Shown here one piece after another: positions 37,555 through 46,766 of a stretch of DNA of 64,000 nucleotides. How positions within the stretch are numbered: position 1 is the stretch's first letter; each line of letters starts with the position of its first letter. The position numbers and the translations under genes are program-made. The notes beneath the pieces are model-generated. The model saw only the letters and a program-made list of their open reading frames with translations, was not told the DNA's origin and searched no databases. The stretch comes from Gemmatimonadota bacterium (GTDB lineage Bacteria; Gemmatimonadota; Gemmatimonadetes; Gemmatimonadales; GWC2-71-9): assembly GCA_039591655.1 (NCBI GenBank), contig JBDHDE010000001.1:58031-122030 (forward strand), written 5' to 3'.

Positions 37555-38331
37555 ATGCCCGGTGCACCCTACTATGCCGTGCTGCACTACCTGGGCAGCG
37601 AATTCGCGGGCTGGCAGCGCCAGGCCTCCGAGCGCACCGCTCAGGAGGAGCTCGAGCGCATCCTCCAGCGATTGGCGGGGCGTCGAGTCGTGACCCACGC
37701 CGCCGGCCGCACCGACGCCGGCGTGCACGCCCTGGGGCAGGTCGTGAGCTTCCGGCTCCCGCGACCGTGGGACTGTCCCGAGCTGCTGCGGGCGCTGCGG
37801 GCTCTCACGCCGCGGGACATGTGGGTGGCGCGCCTCGGCCCCACCCCGCAAGGCTTTAACGCGCGGCGGGATGCCACGGCACGGCGGTATCGCTACGTCG
37901 TCGGCTGCGACGCGGCGGCATTCTCACCCTTCCGCCGGCCCCTCGAGTGGTCCCTCGGGGTTCCCCTCGACGGGGAGCGCCTCGCCGCCGCCGCTGCCGC
38001 GTTCCTGGGCGAGCACGACTTCAGGGGCTACTCCACCGTGGGGCAGCGCAAACCGCACTACCGGTGTCGTCTCACCGTCTCTCAGTGGCAGGAGCGCCCA
38101 AACCAGGAAGGCTTTATCTTTACCGTCGAAGCCGATCGCTTCCTGCATCGCATGGTGCGGTTCATGGTCGGCACCATGGTGGATGTGGCGCGCGGTCGGC
38201 GCCCCCTGGAAGACGTTGCCCGGGGGTTGGCGAGCACCACCAACCGGGACGCAAGCCCGCCGGCGCCGCCACAGGGTCTCTATCTCGTAGGTGCTCGTTA
38301 CCCCCAACTCGAACAGGGAATCGACCGATGA
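37555..38331 (+). CDS. truA: tRNA pseudouridine(38-40) synthase
   Basis: Motifs YLGSEFAGWQRQ, AGRTDAGVHA, FLHRMVR, APPQGLYL. Start ATG 37555. Confidence 0.95.
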   Translation: MPGAPYYAVLHYLGSEFAGWQRQASERTAQEELERILQRLAGRRVVTHAAGRTDAGVHALGQVVSFRLPRPWDCPELLRALRALTPRDMWVARLGPTPQGFNARRDATARRYRYVVGCDAAAFSPFRRPLEWSLGVPLDGERLAAAAAAFLGEHDFRGYSTVGQRKPHYRCRLTVSQWQERPNQEGFIFTVEADRFLHRMVRFMVGTMVDVARGRRPLEDVARGLASTTNRDASPPAPPQGLYLVGARYPQLEQGIDR

Positions 38332-38996
38332 AGCTCTTCCTCGACACGGCGGAACTCAGCGATATCCGGTGGGCGTCCCGGGCCGGTCTCATCGACGGCG
38401 TGACGACGAACCCGTCGCTGCTCTCCAAGAGCGCGGGCGACGTCGACCCGGCCGACGTCTTCAAGGAGATCTGCTCGCTGGTGGACGGACCCGTCAGTGC
38501 CGAGGTCGTGGCCGTCGATGGCGACGGGATGTACCAGGAGGGTCGGGAGCTCGCCAAGATCGCCGACAACATCGTCGTCAAGATCCCGATGCTCGAGGAG
38601 GGCATGGTCGCTACCCGCAGGCTGACAGAAGAGGGGGTGAAGGTCAACGTGACGTTGGCGTTCAGCTCGGTGCAGTGCCTCCTGGCAGCGAAGGCGGGTG
38701 CCACCTACGTCTCCCCGTTCCTCGGGAGGATCGACGACATCGGGCATGACGCCATGGAAGTCGTTCGTGAGACCCGGATGATCTTCGACAACTACGGGTA
38801 CGAGACGGAGATCCTCGCGGCCTCGATCCGCCACCCGCGGCACGTGGCCGAGGCGGCGCTGGTGGGCGCCGACGTGGCCACGGTGCCCACGGCGGTGCTC
38901 AAGAAGATGCTGCTGCACCCGCTCACGGATCGCGGGCTGGACCAGTTCCTCAACGATTGGAGCAAGCTGGTAGCCCGCTCCAAGGTGAACGCTTGA
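38328..38996 (+). CDS. tal: Transaldolase (short TalC/Fsa family)
   Basis: Motifs DGVTTNPSL, VVKIP, NVTL, ASIR. Glu in VSAEV and Phe in YVSPF are transaldolase-type residues. Confidence 0.9.
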   Translation: MKLFLDTAELSDIRWASRAGLIDGVTTNPSLLSKSAGDVDPADVFKEICSLVDGPVSAEVVAVDGDGMYQEGRELAKIADNIVVKIPMLEEGMVATRRLTEEGVKVNVTLAFSSVQCLLAAKAGATYVSPFLGRIDDIGHDAMEVVRETRMIFDNYGYETEILAASIRHPRHVAEAALVGADVATVPTAVLKKMLLHPLTDRGLDQFLNDWSKLVARSKVNA

Positions 38997-40450
38997 GGGT
39001 GCGCCTCGCGCTCCTTCTTGCCTCGACCCTCGCTTGCGGTGATGCAACGCCCCAGGCACACGCCTCGGCGCAGGCGCGCCAGAGCAACGACACCGTCATA
39101 GCCGCCCCGGTCCCCACCATCCCAGCTGCGCCGCAAGACGCGGAGCGGCGGCGGCGTAACGACAGCCTCCAAGCGCAGCGCTACTCGGCCATAGTCGAGG
39201 CTGCCGAGCGGGTGGCTCCTGCCGTGGTGAGCGTCAACGTCGTGCGGGTCGAGCGCCGTAGGCCGCGCAGCGCTTTCGACTGGTTCCTCATGCCCCGGAG
39301 CGCCGAGCGGGAAGTCCCCGGACTGGGATCGGGGTTCATCGTCTCCGCCGACGGTATCGTCATCACCAACCAGCACGTCACGGCCGATGCCCAGGAGATC
39401 GTGGTCACCACCCGCGAGGGAGAGGATTACGACGCGAGGCTGCTCGGCGAGGACCCGCTGACCGACATCGCGGTGCTCGAGATCGATGGCCGCCGGCTTC
39501 CCACCGTCGCCGTGGGCGCGAGCACCGATCTCATGATCGGCGAGTGGGTCGTTGCCATCGGCAACCCCTACGGCTATCTCCTCGGCAACACGGAGCCGTC
39601 GGTTACGGCGGGCGTGGTCAGCGCGGTGGGCCGCAACCTGCTGACCTCGGGCGACGACCGCAGCATCTACGTGGGCATGATCCAGACCGACGCGGCCATC
39701 AACCCGGGGAACAGCGGCGGGCCGCTGGTCAACGCCCTGGGAGAAGTGGTGGGCGTGAACAGCTCCATCTTCTCCCAGAGCGGCGGTTCGGTGGGCATCG
39801 GCTTCGCCATCCCCATCGAACGCGCCCTCAGGGTCGCCAGCGAGCTACAGCGCTACGGCGCGGTGCGGCGCTCCTGGATCGGGCTGAGCGTGGCCGGGAG
39901 CGAGCGGCTGCGCGAGTGGAAGCGCACCGGAGGGCTGCCCGTGACCGACGTCGCTCCGGAAAGCCCGGCGGCCGCCGCCGGAATCGAGCGGGGTGACGTG
40001 CTGGTCTCCGCCGACGGACGATCGTTGCGGACATTCCTCGATTGGGAAGCCGCCAAGCTGGACGTGAGCCCCGGGGAGTCTCTGGCGATCGCGTTCCGCC
40101 GCGACGGCCGGCAGCAGCAGGTCGGCATCGTCATCGCCGACCTTCCCACGGCCCGGGCGGAGAAGGTCGACGTCCTCGGGGACCTCCAGCTGATCACGCT
40201 GGACCCCGCAGTCCGACAGGAGCGGGGGATCGAGAGCGAGCAGGGGGCACTAATCTACCACGTCGGCGCCGGCACACAGCGAGCCACCGGACTGCGGCAA
40301 GGCGACGTGATCCTGCAGATCAACCGCCGGCGCGTCGCCCGGGCGGAGGACGTGCAGGAGATCGTGCGACAGGCCGCGGGACGCGGCGCGATCCGGGTGT
40401 ACTTCGAGCGGAATGGATCTCTGGGCTACACGGACTTCTACGTGCGATGA
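38993..40450 (+). CDS. HtrA/DegQ family serine protease with two PDZ domains, probable lipoprotein
   Basis: Motifs GSGFIV, TNQHV, DIAVL, QTDAAINPGNSGGPL; lipobox STLAC. Start TTG 38993. Confidence 0.92.
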   Translation: MRVRLALLLASTLACGDATPQAHASAQARQSNDTVIAAPVPTIPAAPQDAERRRRNDSLQAQRYSAIVEAAERVAPAVVSVNVVRVERRRPRSAFDWFLMPRSAEREVPGLGSGFIVSADGIVITNQHVTADAQEIVVTTREGEDYDARLLGEDPLTDIAVLEIDGRRLPTVAVGASTDLMIGEWVVAIGNPYGYLLGNTEPSVTAGVVSAVGRNLLTSGDDRSIYVGMIQTDAAINPGNSGGPLVNALGEVVGVNSSIFSQSGGSVGIGFAIPIERALRVASELQRYGAVRRSWIGLSVAGSERLREWKRTGGLPVTDVAPESPAAAAGIERGDVLVSADGRSLRTFLDWEAAKLDVSPGESLAIAFRRDGRQQQVGIVIADLPTARAEKVDVLGDLQLITLDPAVRQERGIESEQGALIYHVGAGTQRATGLRQGDVILQINRRRVARAEDVQEIVRQAAGRGAIRVYFERNGSLGYTDFYVR

Positions 40451-41886
40451 CCGAAACGCAACGCTACCAGTCTCCCCTCGGCACCCGCTATGCCTCACCG
40501 GCGATGCAGCGGCTGTGGAGCGCGGAGCATCGGGCCGGCCTGTGGCGCCGGCTGTGGTTGACCCTCGCCGAGGAGCAACGACAGCTCGGATTGGCTATTC
40601 CCAAGGCGGCGATCGGCGAGATGCGGGCCCACCTGGACGACGCCGACCTCGAGCAGGTGCGCCAATACGAGCAGCGCTTCCGGCACGACGTGATGGCCCA
40701 CGTGCACCATTTCGGCGACCAGGCGCCGGCTGCGCGGCCTTTCCTGCACTTGGGGGCCACCAGCGCCTACGTGACCGATAACGCCGACCTCCTGGTGATC
40801 CGCGAGGCCCTGCGCTTGCTGGCGGGACGGCTCGCCGCCGTCGTGCGCGCCCTAGCCGACTTCGCCATGCGCCACCGGGCGGTTCCCACCATCGCGTACA
40901 CGCACTTCCAGCCGGCGCAGCTCACCACCGTGGGCAAGCGAGGAGCGCTGTGGCTCCAGGACTTCATGCTCGACGCGGAGGCGCTCCGCGACCTCGTCGC
41001 GACGCTCCCGTTCCGGGGCTGCAAGGGCGTCACCGGCACGCAGGCGAGCTACCTGGAGCTGTTCCACGGAGACCACGATAAGGTGCGCGAGTTGGACCGG
41101 CGGGTGGCGGTGGCTTTCGGCTTCCAACATTCCCTGGCGGTGACCGGCCAGACCTACACGCGCAAGCTCGACAGCCGCGTGCTCGATGCGCTCAGTGCCG
41201 TGGCGCAGTCGGCTGCCAAGTTCGGAACCGACCTGCGACTGCTGCAGCACGAGGGCGAGGTGCTGGAGCCGGCGGGGACGGACCAGATCGGCTCCAGCGC
41301 CATGCCTCACAAGCGCAATCCGATGCGGGCCGAGCGAATCTGCGCGCTGGGCCGCTACGTACTCGCGCAACAGGAGACCGCACACTACACCGCGGCTACC
41401 CAATGGCTGGAGCGCACACTGGACGATAGCGCGATCCGGCGCCTTGCTCTGCCGGAGGCGTTCCTCGCCGCCGACGCCGCTCTAGTGCTCTCGACCAACG
41501 TTGCGGCCGGCCTCGAGGTCCGCGAGGCCACCATCCGCCGGAACGTGGAACAGGTGATGCCGTTCATGGCCACCGAGCGGTGGTTGATGCTCGGAGTGGA
41601 GAGCGGCGGCGACCGGCAGGAGCTGCACGAGGTCATGCGGCGCCACAGTCGCGAGGTGAGCGCCATCGTTGCCGAGGGCGGGCCCAACGACCTGTTGGAG
41701 CGCCTCGCAGCCGACGCCGCCTTTGCCGGTGTCGCGCCGGAGCGCCTGCGGCAGGAGCTGGACCCGGCCGGCTACGTGGGACGGGCGCCGCAGCAGGTCG
41801 TGGAACTCGTGGAGGGCCCCGTCGCGGAGGTGCTGGCGTCTCTCACATCCTACGACGTCCCCGACGAAGCGACGGTAAGCGTATGA
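40447..41886 (+). CDS. purB: Adenylosuccinate lyase
   Basis: Motifs [31 protein letters not shown]. Confidence 0.95.
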   Translation: MTETQRYQSPLGTRYASPAMQRLWSAEHRAGLWRRLWLTLAEEQRQLGLAIPKAAIGEMRAHLDDADLEQVRQYEQRFRHDVMAHVHHFGDQAPAARPFLHLGATSAYVTDNADLLVIREALRLLAGRLAAVVRALADFAMRHRAVPTIAYTHFQPAQLTTVGKRGALWLQDFMLDAEALRDLVATLPFRGCKGVTGTQASYLELFHGDHDKVRELDRRVAVAFGFQHSLAVTGQTYTRKLDSRVLDALSAVAQSAAKFGTDLRLLQHEGEVLEPAGTDQIGSSAMPHKRNPMRAERICALGRYVLAQQETAHYTAATQWLERTLDDSAIRRLALPEAFLAADAALVLSTNVAAGLEVREATIRRNVEQVMPFMATERWLMLGVESGGDRQELHEVMRRHSREVSAIVAEGGPNDLLERLAADAAFAGVAPERLRQELDPAGYVGRAPQQVVELVEGPVAEVLASLTSYDVPDEATVSV

Positions 41887-42809
41887 GCTCGACACCGGTC
41901 ACGCAGAGCGCCCTTCCCCTCCCCATCGTGCGTCGCGGCAAGGTGCGCGAGGTCTACGGCGTGGACGACGAGACCCTCCTGCTCGTCGCGAGCGATCGGA
42001 TAAGCGCATTCGACGTGGTGATGGTCGAGGGGATTCCACGCAAGGGCGCCGTGCTCACACAGATGAGCGCCTACTGGTTTCGCCGCCTCGCACCGGTGAC
42101 CGCCAGCCACTTCCTGACCGCCGACACCGACGAGATCGTGGCGCGGGTGCCGGCCCTTGAGCCCCATCGCGATGCGCTGGCCGGGAGAGCGACGCTCGCC
42201 CGGCGCACCCAGCCGATCCCGTTCGAGTGCGTGGTGCGGGGTTACCTATCGGGCTCTGCCTGGAAGGAGTATCGCCAGAGCGGAACGCTGGCCGGCGAGC
42301 CCCTGCTACAGGGCCTCGTGGAGAGCGCCAGACTCGAGCCTGCCATCTTCTCCCCGGCCACCAAGGCAGAGAGCGGGCACGACGAGAACATCACGTTCGC
42401 TCGGATGCAGCAGGAGTTGGGCCCCGAGCTTGCCGAGCGGCTGAAGGACCTGAGCCTCCGACTCTACGGCACGGCGGCCGCCGAGAGCATCGAGCGCGGC
42501 ATCATCATCGCCGACACGAAATTCGAGTTCGGACACACCGACGACGGCGAGCTGCTGGTGATCGATGAGGTCCTCACGCCGGATTCCTCGCGGTTCTGGC
42601 CCGTGGACCAATACCAGGAGGGCCGGGGGCAGCCCAGCTTCGACAAGCAGCCCCTGCGCGACTTCCTGGACCAGTTCCGGCAGCGCGGCGAGTGGGACGG
42701 AAATCCCCCGCCTCCGCCCCTCCCGGGGGACGTGATCCAGGCCACAAGCATTCGCTACCAGGACGCCTATCATCGGATTACCGGCGAGGAGCTCCCGGAG
42801 GACCTCTGA
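41883..42809 (+). CDS. purC: SAICAR synthetase
   Basis: Motifs [43 protein letters not shown]. Confidence 0.96.
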   Translation: MSSTPVTQSALPLPIVRRGKVREVYGVDDETLLLVASDRISAFDVVMVEGIPRKGAVLTQMSAYWFRRLAPVTASHFLTADTDEIVARVPALEPHRDALAGRATLARRTQPIPFECVVRGYLSGSAWKEYRQSGTLAGEPLLQGLVESARLEPAIFSPATKAESGHDENITFARMQQELGPELAERLKDLSLRLYGTAAAESIERGIIIADTKFEFGHTDDGELLVIDEVLTPDSSRFWPVDQYQEGRGQPSFDKQPLRDFLDQFRQRGEWDGNPPPPPLPGDVIQATSIRYQDAYHRITGEELPEDL

Positions 42810-43453
42810 GGATCGCCCCTGAAGGCCGTCCCTTCATCGGGGCCGGTCTTGTCGTCCTTGTGGGACTGGTTGCCCTGGGGGCCTGGCGGGGCGGTTGGTG
42901 GATCTGGCCGGCCGTGGTGTGGACGCCGGTGGCCCTGTGGATCCCCTGGTTCTTTCGCGATCCGGCGCGCCGCGGGCCACGGGGTGATCATCTGATTCTC
43001 GCGCCTGCGGACGGCCGGGTGGTCGCGGTCAGGACGGCGCCCGAGAGCAGCTTCATGGGCGGGGCAGCGACGCGGGTGTCGGTCTTCATGAACGTGTTCG
43101 ACGTGCACGTGAACCGATACCCCGTAGCCGGTACCGTGGCCCATCGGCACTATCGGCCAGGCCGGTTCATCAACGCCACGCTGGACAAGGCGAGCGAGGA
43201 AAACGAGCAGATGTCGGTGGGCATACGAACCGTTCGGGGGCCGCTACTGGTGCGGCAGATTGCGGGCCTCATCGCCCGGCGCATCGTGACGGACGCTGCC
43301 GAAGGCGACCGGGTCAGGCAGGGGGAGCGCCTCGGCCTGATTCGCTTCGGATCCCGGGTGGATACCTTCGTGCCCCCGGAAACCAGCGTGCTGGTGGAGC
43401 CGGGTCACCGCACAACGGCGGGGGTGACGATCATCGCGGAGTGGTCGACATGA
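42806..43453 (+). CDS. psd: Phosphatidylserine decarboxylase proenzyme (short type)
   Basis: Motifs [40 protein letters not shown]. Start is probably CTG 42806. Confidence 0.9.
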   Translation: MRIAPEGRPFIGAGLVVLVGLVALGAWRGGWWIWPAVVWTPVALWIPWFFRDPARRGPRGDHLILAPADGRVVAVRTAPESSFMGGAATRVSVFMNVFDVHVNRYPVAGTVAHRHYRPGRFINATLDKASEENEQMSVGIRTVRGPLLVRQIAGLIARRIVTDAAEGDRVRQGERLGLIRFGSRVDTFVPPETSVLVEPGHRTTAGVTIIAEWST

Positions 43454-44298
43454 CGCGCGGCGTGCGACGACGACGACGGGTGCGACGGGCCATCGTGGTG
43501 GTCCCCAGCATCTTCACGCTGGCGAATCTGTTCTTCGGATTCTGGTCCATGGTGCTCGCCGCCCAGGGCCAGTTCTACCTGGCGTCGTGGTGGATCGTGA
43601 TCGCGGGCGTCCTGGACATGCTCGACGGGCTCCTGGCGCGGATGAGCAAGACGGGTACCCGGTTCGGCGCTGAGCTCGACTCGCTGGTGGACATCGTCAG
43701 CTTCGGCCTGGCGCCGGCAACCTTGCTCTATTTCCTGCAGTTCGCGGCGCTGGGGCAGTTCGCCTGGATCTTCCTCTACGGCTTCGTGGTGTGTGTGGCC
43801 CTGCGGCTCGCCCGCTACAACATCCACACGGACGAGGGCCCGAAGGGCGCGTTCACCGGCCTGCCCTCTCCCGCCGCCGGGATGACCCTGGCCACGTTCT
43901 ACCCATTCACCCAGACGACCTTCTTCCGGGCACAGCTGACCAGCCTGCCGTGGAATCAGATCCTGATCTTCCTGGTCTTGGCCCTGAGCCTGGCGATGGT
44001 GAGCAACATCCAATACGCCAAGCTGCCCCGCATCGGCGTGCGAACGCGGCGGGGTCTGTCGGGGCTGGCCATCAACCTGACGCTCGTGGGCTTCGCCATC
44101 TGGAGCCGTGACATCTTCTTCTTCCCGCTGGGCATCACCTACGTGACCTACGGCATGCTGCGGGCCGCCGTGGTGGGGATCCTGGAGCGCGGGGAGGAGC
44201 CGGAGCCTCATGCCGGAGCCGAGGCCGCGGAGGGGCCCTACCTGGTGCAGGATGCCGGGGAGGGCCGGCGGCGGCGCCGACTTAGACGCGGTATGTGA
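43450..44298 (+). CDS. pssA: CDP-diacylglycerol--serine O-phosphatidyltransferase
   Basis: CDP-alcohol motif DMLDGLLAR...FGAELDSLVD; RLARYN, FTGLPSP. Confidence 0.92.
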   Translation: MTRGVRRRRRVRRAIVVVPSIFTLANLFFGFWSMVLAAQGQFYLASWWIVIAGVLDMLDGLLARMSKTGTRFGAELDSLVDIVSFGLAPATLLYFLQFAALGQFAWIFLYGFVVCVALRLARYNIHTDEGPKGAFTGLPSPAAGMTLATFYPFTQTTFFRAQLTSLPWNQILIFLVLALSLAMVSNIQYAKLPRIGVRTRRGLSGLAINLTLVGFAIWSRDIFFFPLGITYVTYGMLRAAVVGILERGEEPEPHAGAEAAEGPYLVQDAGEGRRRRRLRRGM

Positions 44299-44363
44299 CT
44301 AAGCCGCTTGAGTTTACTATCTTTGATCCAGACCATATGGCGAGGCTTACCAGGAGGGACGCG

Positions 44364-44972
44364 ATGAACAGGCCTATGCTGGCAGCCGTTGCGATGCTCG
44401 CCCTTGCCGCAACCGGCTGCGACCAGGTGTCGTCCCTAGCGCAGCGCATCCCCTTCCTGAACCGGGGAGGGACCGACACGGCCGCCGTGGATACCGCGGC
44501 GGTGACGCAGCCCGGTGCCGAGGACACGACGGCTTTGGCCCAGGCGCCCGTGGAAACCGGGGCGCCGGCACCCGCTGCCCAACCCCCGGCCGCCGCCGAG
44601 CCGCAGGAGCGCCCTGCCCGGCAGGTGACCGCGCGATATGAGGCGCCGTCGCAGGTACTGGTCGACGAGCCCTGGTTCCCCACTGACACCGGAACCGTGC
44701 GGCCGGGTATGACACGGATGGAGGTCGTGACGCTGTGGGGGATGGCGGTGGCCGAGCGGGTCGTCGGAAGCCGCACCTACCTGTACTTCCGCAACGGGTG
44801 CGAGGTCACGTGTGGCACGTTCGACGTCGTGTTCCTGGAGGACGATCAGGTCGTGGACGCCATCGTGCGTGGCTTCGGCCATACGTACGCCGGCATCTCG
44901 TCCTCGCCTCCGGACCGGGAGGCGGAGCCCACATTGCCGGGCCTGGAGGAAGGTGACGCTGGAGAGCTCTGA
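44364..44972 (+). CDS. Hypothetical lipoprotein with SmpA/OmlA(BamE)-like C-terminal domain
   Basis: RBS AGGAGG, lipobox ATGC, Pro/Ala linker, then VRPGMTRMEVVTLWG pattern. Confidence 0.6.
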   Translation: MNRPMLAAVAMLALAATGCDQVSSLAQRIPFLNRGGTDTAAVDTAAVTQPGAEDTTALAQAPVETGAPAPAAQPPAAAEPQERPARQVTARYEAPSQVLVDEPWFPTDTGTVRPGMTRMEVVTLWGMAVAERVVGSRTYLYFRNGCEVTCGTFDVVFLEDDQVVDAIVRGFGHTYAGISSSPPDREAEPTLPGLEEGDAGEL

Positions 44973-45277
44973 TGCCAGACAAGCCCAGCCGGAACGAAGA
45001 CGAGTATTTCGCCAAGCAGTCGGCCGAGATCATCAAGGCCGGCCAGCAGCGGGCCGAGCGCGAGGCCCAGGAGGCCTCGCGCAAGAGCCACTACATGAAG
45101 TGCCCCAAGTGCGGGGCCGATCTGACCACGCAGGACTACCACGGCATCCAGGTGGACCGCTGTCCCGACTGCTCGGGCATGTGGCTGGATGCCGGGGAGA
45201 CGGAGGATCTGCTGCGGCGTGAGGACGCGGGCGTAATCAACATCTTCAAGTCGATCATGCGTGGCGTCGGCAGCTGA
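44972..45277 (+). CDS. zf-TFIIB-type zinc-ribbon protein
   Basis: Motifs EDEYF, MKCPKCG, VDRCPDCSGMWLDAGE. Confidence 0.85.
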   Translation: MPDKPSRNEDEYFAKQSAEIIKAGQQRAEREAQEASRKSHYMKCPKCGADLTTQDYHGIQVDRCPDCSGMWLDAGETEDLLRREDAGVINIFKSIMRGVGS

Positions 45278-45313
45278 GGCTTTGCCCGACGGCGCGCGAC
45301 CACCCTCGTAACG

Positions 45314-46699
45314 ATGTGCGGAATCTTCGGCGTCTGCGGACTCGATAACGCAGCCGAGCTGACGTACTTGGGCCTGTACGCGTTGCAGCATCGCGGCCAG
45401 GAATCCTCGGGTATCATCAGCATCGACGACGACGGCCTGCCTCACGCCCGCCGGGGCATGGGGCTCGTCTCCGAGATCTTCCCGCCGGCGGCGCTCGACG
45501 AGCTCTCCGGATCGCTGGCCATCGGCCACACGCGGTACTCCACCTCGGGCAGCTCGGTGCTGGCCAACGCACAACCCGCGGTGGTGAACTATCACGGGGG
45601 CCCGCTGGCCCTGGCGCACAACGGCAACCTCACCAACGCCCGGCAGCTGCGGGACGAGCTGGTGCGCAAGGGCTCGATCTTCCAGTCGTCGTCGGATTCC
45701 GAGGCGTTGATCCACCTCATCGCCCGCTCCGAGGCCCGGCAGCCGGAGGATCAGATCCTCGACGCCATCGAGCGGGCGGAGGGAGCGTACACCCTGCTCC
45801 TAACCATCGGTAAGACCCTGTACGCCATCGTGGATCCCCGGGGCTTCCGCCCGTTGGTGATGGGCAGGCTGCGCCAGGGCTGGGTACTGGGCTCGGAGAC
45901 GTGCGCCCTGGACATCGTGGGCGCTACCGCGGTGCGGGAGGTGCAGCCCGGGGAGTGGCTCAAGATCGAGGATGGCGAGGTTACCGACCTGCCGTCCCTG
46001 TCCCCCAAGCAGCACCGGCGCTGCGTGTTCGAGCTGATCTACTTCTCCCGTCCCGACAGCGTCGTGTTCGGCGAGTCCGTCGACCGGGTCCGCCGGGAGC
46101 TGGGGCGACAGCTGGCCAGGGAGCATCCGGCCCCGGCGGCCGACTGCGTGTTCTCCGTCCCCGACTCCGCCAACGCGATGGCCCTGGGGTACTCCGAGGT
46201 GAGCGGGCTCAAGCTGGAGCACGGACTGATCCGCAACCACTACGTGGGCCGCACCTTCATCAACCCAGGGCAGGCCAGCCGGATGGCCAAGGTCCGGATC
46301 AAGTTCAATCCCGTGCGCGACGTGATCGAGGGGAAGAGCGTCGTGGTGGTGGACGACTCCATAGTCCGCGGCACAACGTCCAAGCTCCTCATCCGGTTGA
46401 TCCGGCAGGCCGGCGCTCGCGAGGTCCACATGCGGATCGCCTCGCCGCCCATCACCGGCCCCTGCCTCTACGGGATCGACACGCCGACCTGGGACGAGCT
46501 CATCGGGGCCCAGCACTCGGTAGACGGGATCCGCGAGCACCTGGAAGTCGACTCCCTCGGCTACCTCTCCCTCGAGGGCACCCTCCGGGCCGGCGGCGGC
46601 GACCCGGCCCGCTTCTGCCACGCTTGCTTCTCGGGCGATTACCCGACGCCGGTGCCCGAGCGGGCCACCGGGGCGGCGGAGCCGGCGCTGATTGATTAA
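45314..46699 (+). CDS. purF: Amidophosphoribosyltransferase
   Basis: Motifs MCGIFG, LQHRGQE, GHTRYST, HNGN, VVVDDSIVRGTT, CHACFSG. Confidence 0.97.
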   Translation: MCGIFGVCGLDNAAELTYLGLYALQHRGQESSGIISIDDDGLPHARRGMGLVSEIFPPAALDELSGSLAIGHTRYSTSGSSVLANAQPAVVNYHGGPLALAHNGNLTNARQLRDELVRKGSIFQSSSDSEALIHLIARSEARQPEDQILDAIERAEGAYTLLLTIGKTLYAIVDPRGFRPLVMGRLRQGWVLGSETCALDIVGATAVREVQPGEWLKIEDGEVTDLPSLSPKQHRRCVFELIYFSRPDSVVFGESVDRVRRELGRQLAREHPAPAADCVFSVPDSANAMALGYSEVSGLKLEHGLIRNHYVGRTFINPGQASRMAKVRIKFNPVRDVIEGKSVVVVDDSIVRGTTSKLLIRLIRQAGAREVHMRIASPPITGPCLYGIDTPTWDELIGAQHSVDGIREHLEVDSLGYLSLEGTLRAGGGDPARFCHACFSGDYPTPVPERATGAAEPALID

Positions 46700-46766
46700 A
46701 TCTTCATAGCCGCTTCACGGCGGTTCACCAGCTTCAGAGACGCGCAGACAGGGTGGGAGAGACACC

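Noticed and set aside
38328..38996. Fructose-6-phosphate aldolase call
   Set aside because: The Glu (VSAEV) and Phe (YVSPF) residues indicate transaldolase; FSA has Gln and Tyr.
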